This document shows, one piece after another, positions 1 to 7,138 of a stretch of 37,290 bases of DNA. The DNA lies in the IMG/VR virus record IMGVR_UViG_3300008255_004742, positions 1 to 37,290 of that record; one strand, written 5' to 3'. Position numbers and translations under genes: made by a program. This stretch comes from a virus (lineage: Duplodnaviria > Caudoviricetes). The stretch's first letter is position 1; each line of letters begins with the position of its first letter. A model generated the notes under the pieces. It did no database searches. It saw only the letters and a program-made list of their open reading frames with translations, and was not told the DNA's origin.

Positions 1-339
1 TCATAGTATCTCCTCAAAAAAATATTCTGTTAATTCTTTATATGCTTTTTTAATTTCTTCACTTTGAATCTCATTCTTTGTATTGTTATCTCTAGGTCTA
101 ATATTAATAAATGAGTTAAAGTCAATTTCATTCGTTTCTAAATCTATGCCACCACCCCATAAATCCTTTTGCTTAGAGTTTTGTTTTAACAGTATTTGCT
201 CACCTTCAAAATGACGATCCATTCCTGCCGAGCAGACTTTATTTTCAATATCAATCACTGTTTTTACGTAAACCTCAAACTCTTCCTTAAGTTTTTCAAT
301 TTCCTCTTTTGTAAATGGTTGTGATTTCGTAATTATCAT
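1..339 (-). CDS. Host gene, DUF5674-like protein
   Basis: VKTVIDIE...H.EGEQ.LL...S.Q.DLWGG...F.S.INIRP pattern recalled for DUF5674; lies outside the att repeat. Confidence 0.7.
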   Translation of the reverse strand: MIITKSQPFTKEEIEKLKEEFEVYVKTVIDIENKVCSAGMDRHFEGEQILLKQNSKQKDLWGGGIDLETNEIDFNSFINIRPRDNNTKNEIQSEEIKKAYKELTEYFFEEIL

Positions 340-425
340 TAGGTATATGATAACAGATTAATAATGAAGTTTTTTGTCTTTCAAAAAAATAAAAGCAGAA
401 ACAATAAATAGATTTATATTTTATG

Positions 426-441
426 TGATGCCCGACTTGGA
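426..441. repeat. att core, displaced 3' fragment of tRNA-Gln
   Basis: TGATGCCCGACTTGGA identical to 35768-35783. Confidence 0.92.
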
Positions 442-653
442 TCCTAACTTTTAGTTAGATTTAGCGGGATCTTAACAATTTACTGAAGATGGCAAATTGC
501 TGTTATTTAAATGTTCAAAATTAAGTAAAGCATCTTTTGAAAAAAAGATCAATAAGCAATTTCCTCGAGAGATAAATATCCTATATAAATTAATAGGAGT
601 TTGTATGGCTTTACAAAGACTTTGTCTTGTATTGAGCCTATCATTTATTTTTA

Positions 654-1613
654 ATGAAGCTTGAAAAAGATAGGTTCCAACTATTCTTAGTCCGTCAGAA
701 CTTATATAAAAGTACAATTAAGTCTACTTTGTACAGAATGCAAATAGTTTCTGACTTTGTTTCTGATTTTGATGAAGAGAGTATTCAGGGGTTTATTGTC
801 AACTTAATCCAAACACAAAGCCCTAGTGGATCAACAATCAATAAATATATATACGCAATTAAAAAATATTGTGATTTCGTTGGCGTTGATTGGGCAGAAA
901 ATATAAAGAAAGTTAAGGAAAAATCAGCTCCTAAGATACTACTATCTGAAGAGGAGAGTGAAGCCTTTATCAGAATTGATCCTCCACCTTCAAAATATGG
1001 AATGTTTTGGATGTGCTTATACTATTCAGGAGCAAGACCTAGTGAAATAGCCAACCTTGATGTTGATTCAGTAGATTTAAGTCAGAAGGTCTATATCATC
1101 AAAGAGTCAAAGACAGGAAGAGGGAGAACTATTCCAATAGTAGAGCCAGTCATCCCATGTTTAAAAGACTACTTATCTCAATTGGATACATACTTATTAT
1201 TTCCAACAAATGGGAAACCAGACAAACCAGTTGAATGGGCAACTTATTCAAAGGACTTTAAAAAAAGAATTAGAAAACTAGGAATCAAAAAAAATGTTAA
1301 ACCTTACTCCTTTAGACACTCATTAATTACTAGACTACTTGGCAATGGAGCAAATCTATTTGATGTTCAAAATATTGTTGGCCATAGAAAAGCTGACACA
1401 ACAGCACAGTACTATCAATATTCTCTAAAAAGCATGGTTAGAGCTATTAATAGGGATACAGCAGTCACAAATAAAGTAGGAGGGAAAGCCTTAATACAGA
1501 AAATCATTGAAGATATAGGCTCATATAATTTAGAAGATGCAAAAGACATTGATTATTCTGAAATACAAGTCGGTCTTTCTCATTTTTGGAAAGCTATCAA
1601 ACAAGGTATATAA
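654..1613 (+). CDS. int: Tyrosine recombinase / phage integrase
   Basis: SGARPSE (R), ESKTG (K), YSFRH (H-x-x-R variant with Y), VGH, TAQYY (Y); adjacent to att. Confidence 0.93.
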   Translation: MKLEKDRFQLFLVRQNLYKSTIKSTLYRMQIVSDFVSDFDEESIQGFIVNLIQTQSPSGSTINKYIYAIKKYCDFVGVDWAENIKKVKEKSAPKILLSEEESEAFIRIDPPPSKYGMFWMCLYYSGARPSEIANLDVDSVDLSQKVYIIKESKTGRGRTIPIVEPVIPCLKDYLSQLDTYLLFPTNGKPDKPVEWATYSKDFKKRIRKLGIKKNVKPYSFRHSLITRLLGNGANLFDVQNIVGHRKADTTAQYYQYSLKSMVRAINRDTAVTNKVGGKALIQKIIEDIGSYNLEDAKDIDYSEIQVGLSHFWKAIKQGI

Positions 1614-1669
1614 GAGATATGCATTGAGATAATTGATACAGAAAGATACAATTCCACACATTGATTATC

Positions 1670-2806
1670 ATGAACTACCTCAGAAAAGAATTAAAAAAAT
1701 ATTATAAAAAGTCGGGAAATAAAATTATTTTCACGAATGGGCAAACAATGTATGCTCTATTTTTAGCAATCTGGGAGAAACTAGGTTTTTCTGGGTTTGA
1801 TGTTTCTTTACTTTCTAGGATAGTGAGTGGCCAAGCATTATTCTCAACAAAGCAACTAGATGCCTTCTGTAATATTTTAAATTTGAGCTACTATCAAAGA
1901 TATATTTTATTTGACTGTTTAAACAAAGATACCTTAGCTAAAAATCTTGGATATAGTCACGAAACAATAAAGTCTTTTGAGTTTTCAATTGATCCAGTTC
2001 TATCTGAGCATATCGTTGGAAAAGTTAAGACCTTAAAAAACGAGGGGAAATTACAAGAGGTTATAGGAATGACCTCTTTTTTTGAACAAATTTTTAAAAC
2101 CAGCCCAGAAATTATTAGAGATAATCCTAGATTCGTTGCGAAGATATTAAGTGAGAGAGCAAGGGCATTTATACATACAGAGAGTAGATACACTATTGCT
2201 TCTAAAATAACTAATATAAGCACTCTAGTTTTAGATTTAAACAAAGATTTAAAAGACATAAGTATCTCGAATATGGCTCATGGAAATTATGCAGGGATAT
2301 TCTACGTCTCAAAACAACATAAAAAATCTTCTGAATATTTGGAGTACGCGATGGATAAAGTTGAACCTGATGCTCAAGTTGAATACCTAAGGACACTCTT
2401 AGCTGATTATGGTCAATTGAGAGATAAAGAAAACTTTAGGAGAACAGTAAAGAAAGCAGAGAGAGTGTTAAGTAAATATGATACTAGCCTAAATAAAAAT
2501 TATGTTGCATCAATGTTTGAAGCTTCTGCAAGAGCATTAACAGTATTTGGAGAGACAGATGGGGCAAGAAAAATATTAAATCAAATCAAATTCGACAAAA
2601 TAGAACCATTCTTTGAATCTCAAGTTGTAAGAGGAAGGATGAGTGCTGTTTATTATGATTGGAAATATAATAAGAAAGTAGATATAGATGAATTGGAGTC
2701 AATATATTCACTATCAAGTGAAGATCGTTTCCAACCTTTTGATAGACATCAAAAACAAATAACAAGAATGTATAATCAAATCCATGCAAACACAAAGAGT
2801 CATTAA
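1670..2806 (+). CDS. XRE-like HTH plus helical TPR-like repeat regulator (RRNPP-like architecture)
   Basis: N-terminal DVSLLSRIVSG...QLDAFCNILNLS XRE signature; C-terminal helical repeats (AHGNYAGIFY...SSEYLEYA; ARALTVFGETDGARKIL); ATG at 1670 preferred over TTG 1661. Confidence 0.62.
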   Translation: MNYLRKELKKYYKKSGNKIIFTNGQTMYALFLAIWEKLGFSGFDVSLLSRIVSGQALFSTKQLDAFCNILNLSYYQRYILFDCLNKDTLAKNLGYSHETIKSFEFSIDPVLSEHIVGKVKTLKNEGKLQEVIGMTSFFEQIFKTSPEIIRDNPRFVAKILSERARAFIHTESRYTIASKITNISTLVLDLNKDLKDISISNMAHGNYAGIFYVSKQHKKSSEYLEYAMDKVEPDAQVEYLRTLLADYGQLRDKENFRRTVKKAERVLSKYDTSLNKNYVASMFEASARALTVFGETDGARKILNQIKFDKIEPFFESQVVRGRMSAVYYDWKYNKKVDIDELESIYSLSSEDRFQPFDRHQKQITRMYNQIHANTKSH

Positions 2807-3326
2807 TGTAGCCAAAAAAAGGCTAAAAGAAAATCCCTTTGATCCAGTCCATGATTATAAACATCATGAATTTGTATATGCCAACTGTGTGGGGATTATT
2901 AAAACTGAAGTGCTAAAAGTTGATAAAGACTTATTATTTATATCTGCTTGGTTTCATGACATAGAGGATAGAACCGGCAAGACTGACTTCATGGAAGAGA
3001 CTATGAGAAAATATGGCTTTGCTGAAGAGCAAATAGAGAAGTGCAAAACAATAGTCAAAGAACATACTTATGGTAAAGGACAAACTTTATTAGAGAGTAA
3101 GGTTTTATATGATTCTGATAAATTAGAGTATTTTTCTTATCAGAGGATAAGTAACGCAAAAGAACTTACAAAGGCCGGTAAAATGAGCCCTGAGTTACTT
3201 AAAAAGTATAAAAAGACTTGGGAAGATAGACACATGGATGTTCTTTATTCTTTTAATTTTAAATCAAATAAAAATAGGGCACTAGACAAACTTTTAACAA
3301 TAAAAGAATTAGTTGAAGGCCTATGA
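2784..3326 (+). CDS. HD-domain metal-dependent phosphohydrolase
   Basis: HDYKH, AWFHD, EH, LYDSDKLE motifs. Confidence 0.88.
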   Translation: MQTQRVINVAKKRLKENPFDPVHDYKHHEFVYANCVGIIKTEVLKVDKDLLFISAWFHDIEDRTGKTDFMEETMRKYGFAEEQIEKCKTIVKEHTYGKGQTLLESKVLYDSDKLEYFSYQRISNAKELTKAGKMSPELLKKYKKTWEDRHMDVLYSFNFKSNKNRALDKLLTIKELVEGL

Positions 3327-3382
3327 GATTACAGGCTTACTTGAGGAAAGAGCTTGTTGACATCGTGGTACCATCTATTTAA
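3323..3382 (+). CDS. Unannotated 19-aa peptide MRLQAYLRKELVDIVVPSI
   Basis: ATGA overlap with HD stop; ends in three in-frame stops TAA TAA TGA; shares YLRKEL with the regulator N-terminus. Confidence 0.45.
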   Translation: MRLQAYLRKELVDIVVPSI

Positions 3383-3408
3383 TAATGATGCTAATGGGAG
3401 TATCAACA

Positions 3409-3436
3409 TTGACTTTTCATTTTAAAAATGTAAAAT
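3409..3436 (+). promoter_or_regulatory. sigma70-like promoter
   Basis: TTGACT-16 nt-TAAAAT, followed by palindrome TATCAATT-N4-AATTGATA (3444-3463). Confidence 0.45.
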
Positions 3437-3442
3437 AGCGAC

Positions 3443-3549
3443 TTATCAATTAATAAATTGATATAGTTTGTTATATTGATACTTTAACAACTCAACAGGG
3501 GTGCGAAACGCTTAATTTATAAATTAATTATATTTTGAGTTGTTTTTTT
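3443..3549 (+). ncRNA. Candidate ~105-nt sRNA
   Basis: Downstream of promoter, no ORF, closes with AACAACTCAA/TTGAGTTGTT stem plus T-run. Confidence 0.3.
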
Positions 3550-3564
3550 AAATAGCCTCGGAAA

Positions 3565-3762
3565 CTATTTATTTGCAAGAAATTTAAACACCCCTGTTGG
3601 GTGATAAATCCTCTTCCCACGGACAGTGATATATGGGGTATATACATACCCGTCTTCATCTACCCGACTGGGATCATACTGCCTTTTACCACCATGCTTA
3701 GGGTCTTCAAAATTAATAACTAACTCTGGATTTAAAGTCTCTCGACTGGCTGAATCTGCCAT
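3565..3762 (-). CDS. Small hypothetical protein (65 aa from ATG 3762)
   Basis: ORF track; C-terminal YTPYITVRGKRIY beta-hairpin-like segment. Confidence 0.6.
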   Translation of the reverse strand: MADSASRETLNPELVINFEDPKHGGKRQYDPSRVDEDGYVYTPYITVRGKRIYHPTGVFKFLANK

Positions 3763-3933
3763 AAAAATACTTTCTAGCAAATCGCAACCCCTGATAAAGC
3801 TGTTAAAGATCTCAGGCTAACCTATCAAACAGTTATTTCAAATTCAACTTGAATTTTCTATAAATTCACCACTCCCCTTAAGGTGTAGTAAAAATTAAAG
3901 CTAGTAGTTGGTTTTCTTTCAGGAAAAAATATT

Positions 3934-4050
3934 TTGAACCTTCACAGGCGGTGCTGTTACCAGGGTGCTTGTTGAAGCTTTTAAGAAACAACAGCACCTG
4001 CGAAGGCTCAAAGAAGATCCCTGGGCCTGGCCGAAATTCTACATTCGACG
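3934..4050 (-). ncRNA. Structured leader or ncRNA with long hairpin and possible pseudoknot
   Basis: 15-bp stem TTGAGCCTTCGCAGG/CCTGTGAAGGTTCAA is fully paired on the minus strand only (2 G-U); upstream CCAGGG is complementary to loop CCCTGG. Confidence 0.45.
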
Positions 4051-4055
4051 AAATA

Positions 4056-4085
4056 ATACTATCATAGTGACAGTTTGCTTGGCAA
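4056..4085 (-). promoter_or_regulatory. sigma70-like promoter with extended -10
   Basis: TTGCCA-18 nt-TAGTAT, with TGn before the -10. Confidence 0.5.
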
Positions 4086-4171
4086 GTATTTATTACTGTA
4101 CTTTCCGATATTAAACAATTTAGAATAAAATTAATTCACTTAGGTAAGATTATTTAAACAAGAAATGTGAA

Positions 4172-4360
4172 TTACTTGTTGATAACTTTAATAACTTCTC
4201 TGGTAATTAAGCAAAACACACCTAAAGCGACAAAAATGAGCCCTGAGATTTTATCACTTGAAACTAATCCAACCCCTGCTGAGATCAAAGTTGTACCCGC
4301 AACAATTAAAGTTCCTTTTTCAATGGCTTGATTATCAACTATTTTTTTAACATTTCCCAT
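4172..4360 (-). CDS. Putative holin (2 TM)
   Basis: 62 aa, two hydrophobic segments, strong AGGAGG RBS, downstream of endolysin. Confidence 0.6.
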   Translation of the reverse strand: MGNVKKIVDNQAIEKGTLIVAGTTLISAGVGLVSSDKISGLIFVALGVFCLITREVIKVINK

Positions 4361-4511
4361 AAATCCTCCTTTTTACATTTAATTTTATTTTTTTAATATT
4401 TTTTAACTCTCCCTGAAGCTGTCCCAAATATTCTTCTTCACTTGGTTTAAGAAGTTCTAAAATGATTAATAGTATTAGTCCAACAAGGACAATTGCTAAG
4501 GCTACTGGCAG
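4347..4511 (-). CDS. Unannotated 54-aa single-TM protein with apparent CTG start
   Basis: Open frame LPVALAIVLVGLILLIILELLKPSEEEYLGQLQGELKNIKKIKLNVKRRIYGKC fills the endolysin-holin gap. Confidence 0.45.
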   Translation of the reverse strand: MPVALAIVLVGLILLIILELLKPSEEEYLGQLQGELKNIKKIKLNVKRRIYGKC

Positions 4512-4512
4512 A

Positions 4513-5238
4513 CTATTCTTTTACTTTATAATTTGCTGTGACATTTCCTACTGTTACCTCCCAACCATTTATCTCACCAGTTAATCCGGCTACTGTTGTT
4601 TCTCTAGTGAGCTTTACGCCACTGGTTTTTCTTAACACCTGATTTTCATTTTCTAGATCTAAAACCCTTCTTCTGGCACTTCCCAAGTCACCACCTCTAT
4701 TATTGTCAGCATTTCCCCAATCGCATTTTTGATCTTCTTCACCTAAATGACCTTTTAGTTTGTTTTTAGCTTCATCAAAGTTTTTAACACCAAGGTATTC
4801 ATATAGTGGATCTATCATTTTTTCCTCTCTGATTGGTTCATCCCAATCAATAAATTCGACTTGTAATTTATTTCCGTTTTTATCTCTGAACTCATAATGT
4901 AAGTGGGGACCGGTTGAGTTGCCGGTGTGACCAATTTCACCGATCTTTTGTTTTGCATCAACTCTTGTTCCAACTGGGATAGGGGACCCATACTTTAAAT
5001 GTGCGTGAATCTCTGAAGATCCATCATCATGCAAAACCTTCACAAAGTTTCCATAGTCAGCAGTTGTTAAAGCTCCTAAGTTTCTCCAATGGGTGTCATA
5101 TTTATTGACTGATAAAACCACTCTTCCAGACATGGATGAATAGACATTAGGGTCTGATTGATCATCAAAGTCATATGCAGGATGGGATGAAGTAAACCCT
5201 CCATTTATTTTGTTCTTTGATGGTCTGTATACTTTCAT
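4513..5238 (-). CDS. M23 family peptidase, endolysin
   Basis: HPAYD (HxxxD), HAHL, GHTGNSTGPHLHYE (HxH). Confidence 0.9.
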   Translation of the reverse strand: MKVYRPSKNKINGGFTSSHPAYDFDDQSDPNVYSSMSGRVVLSVNKYDTHWRNLGALTTADYGNFVKVLHDDGSSEIHAHLKYGSPIPVGTRVDAKQKIGEIGHTGNSTGPHLHYEFRDKNGNKLQVEFIDWDEPIREEKMIDPLYEYLGVKNFDEAKNKLKGHLGEEDQKCDWGNADNNRGGDLGSARRRVLDLENENQVLRKTSGVKLTRETTVAGLTGEINGWEVTVGNVTANYKVKE

Positions 5239-5450
5239 TTAATTCCTAATAACTGGTTAATTAACGCAATGTCTGTGTCATGTTTTTGTACAATTTCAGT
5301 AGTTTTTTCTATTTTTTTCATGTTTTCTGCAATAAACTCTACTTTTGAATAAAGTTGCGCATAGCCAAAAATGATTCCCCCTCCAATGACTCCAATAGAA
5401 GCTATTGTTTTTATTTGTTGCCAGTCGATGTAGCTTTGTTTCTCTTTCAT
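5235..5450 (-). CDS. Single-TM plus coiled-coil small protein (lysis cassette)
   Basis: One TM (IASIGVIGGGIIFGYA) then coiled coil; ATG 5450 follows the upstream stop. Confidence 0.6.
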   Translation of the reverse strand: MKEKQSYIDWQQIKTIASIGVIGGGIIFGYAQLYSKVEFIAENMKKIEKTTEIVQKHDTDIALINQLLGIK

Positions 5451-5451
5451 G

Positions 5452-6090
5452 TTAGCCAAGAGTAACTCCTCCCCCAAAAAACATTGGGCTTCCATTTTGT
5501 GGAAATGAGTAATTTACTACTATTTTTGGTCTATTATCAGCAACAGCAGCCTCAGAAGAATGAAAAGTATATCCATCTAGGCCAGTTTCTGCATTCATTT
5601 TTAGTACATATCCATTGTTTGTGAAAATACCATCTATAAATTCTTGAATTAGGGCCGAATCTAGATTCATTGTGATTATGTCTCCAGCAGATGGCGTTGA
5701 AGCAGGAATAACCACACTGCCTAGTTCAGTGGACTCTCTGTCGTTTGCTGTACTTCCAGCCCCTGCCGTTGTCCAAGTATTACCAGTTTTCCAATTATTC
5801 CAAGTAGAACTAGCCTCTTCCCAAGCTCTTTTACTTCTGTAAGCTTTTAAAGTCCCTCCATTATTCGCATTAACAGAAGATATTTTTAGTTGCAATTGGG
5901 CAGAGTTAATGACCACCCCTGAAGGAATTGCAGTAAATACATTTTTTAGTAATCCTCTATAAATAAAAGCACCTCCAAAAGCATTACCAATAACCAACGT
6001 TGTTGATCCACCATTGTTGTTGGTGGGAGTTCCCTTGTCCATAAAGTTATCAATTATGTCAGTATTTCCAGTGATTATTATTTGTGGCAT
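5452..6090 (-). CDS. DNRLRE/CBM96-like carbohydrate-binding tail protein
   Basis: DNFMD...PTNNNG...L.IG, RGLLK, INSAQLQL, TWNN, FHSSE...RPKIVVNY pattern. Confidence 0.75.
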   Translation of the reverse strand: MPQIIITGNTDIIDNFMDKGTPTNNNGGSTTLVIGNAFGGAFIYRGLLKNVFTAIPSGVVINSAQLQLKISSVNANNGGTLKAYRSKRAWEEASSTWNNWKTGNTWTTAGAGSTANDRESTELGSVVIPASTPSAGDIITMNLDSALIQEFIDGIFTNNGYVLKMNAETGLDGYTFHSSEAAVADNRPKIVVNYSFPQNGSPMFFGGGVTLG

Positions 6091-6092
6091 TT

Positions 6093-7127
6093 TTAGTCAG
6101 TGTTGGAGTTAACTCCATATTCAATTACTACTGCTATTAATCTTGCATCTGCATCAAGGGTATCGCTTCCGTTGTCAGCATCTCTATAAACTTTTAACTG
6201 AACTAACTGACCCCCTGCCGGAGAACCAGCAAGAGTTAAATCAGATGTAAGGTCGGAAATATGAATATCACCAGCTGCTATAAAGGCATCTGTCACAGTC
6301 TGTTCGGTACCATATGCCTGATCAATTGCATCATCGTTAGCAAAGGCGCGTCCTTTTATTCCCCAGATGACATTTCCCGTTGTTCCAGCAGTTGTCCAGA
6401 TAAACTTAGCTTTGATTGCGCCCCCATTCCAACTGTCCGGCATTGCAAAAGGACCAATAAATGCATTTTCGTCAGTGTCTTTATCAAAATCTAAAACCTT
6501 ATAATCAACATCATTTGTCCCTGCTTCGACAGTTGCTGAATCAGCACAACCCCCAGTGGTTGTTGGTGACATGGCCCCAGCTGGTAAAACTATCGTTCTT
6601 GTTACATTCTTCACAAAACTTTCAGTAGCTAAAGTATTTGTGGCGGCACCATCTCCATATTTAATTTTGTCATCATCTGAATCGTATTCAATCAAGCCAA
6701 CAGTAGTTGGCGCTGGAGCTGAAGAACTAGCTAAAGTTAAAGAATCTGCTGTGATATCAGTATGAGCCCCACCATCTCCATGCTCAGCTAAAATACCCTC
6801 TACAAACCTATTCCACATGTCAGCAGTTAGCTTAATTTCAACCACACTTCCGGCCCCATGCTCTTGAGCAGTGCCTTCAACACCCCTGTCAGCAGTGATA
6901 ATGTTAGAACCTGAAACTATGCCTAAAATTGTTTCTTCAAGATTGGTAGTTAACTCTCCAGTAGTTGAAACCCTATCGACCACAATTTCAATAGGATCTC
7001 CATTAGAAAAAACTGCTGGAATAGTTGTTAACGGAATAGTAGTAGCACTGGCGTTTGCTACACCACCTGCCCCAATGGTTGTTGAAAACCTCCTTGAAGC
7101 TTTAATGAATTTCTTTGTAATTGCCAT
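6093..7127 (-). CDS. Tail fibre/spike protein
   Basis: T/G/A/D-rich; RGVEGT.AQ.H..GS.V phage tail motif; position after nozzle. Confidence 0.7.
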   Translation of the reverse strand: MAITKKFIKASRRFSTTIGAGGVANASATTIPLTTIPAVFSNGDPIEIVVDRVSTTGELTTNLEETILGIVSGSNIITADRGVEGTAQEHGAGSVVEIKLTADMWNRFVEGILAEHGDGGAHTDITADSLTLASSSAPAPTTVGLIEYDSDDDKIKYGDGAATNTLATESFVKNVTRTIVLPAGAMSPTTTGGCADSATVEAGTNDVDYKVLDFDKDTDENAFIGPFAMPDSWNGGAIKAKFIWTTAGTTGNVIWGIKGRAFANDDAIDQAYGTEQTVTDAFIAAGDIHISDLTSDLTLAGSPAGGQLVQLKVYRDADNGSDTLDADARLIAVVIEYGVNSNTD

Positions 7128-7138
7128 ATTTCCTTTCT

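Noticed and set aside
426-441. Second tRNA gene at the left end
   Set aside because: Only the 16-nt 3' fragment is present; it is the att duplication
472-717. Minus-strand 81-aa ORF as excisionase
   Set aside because: Overlaps the int start and upstream region; no HTH or recognisable motif
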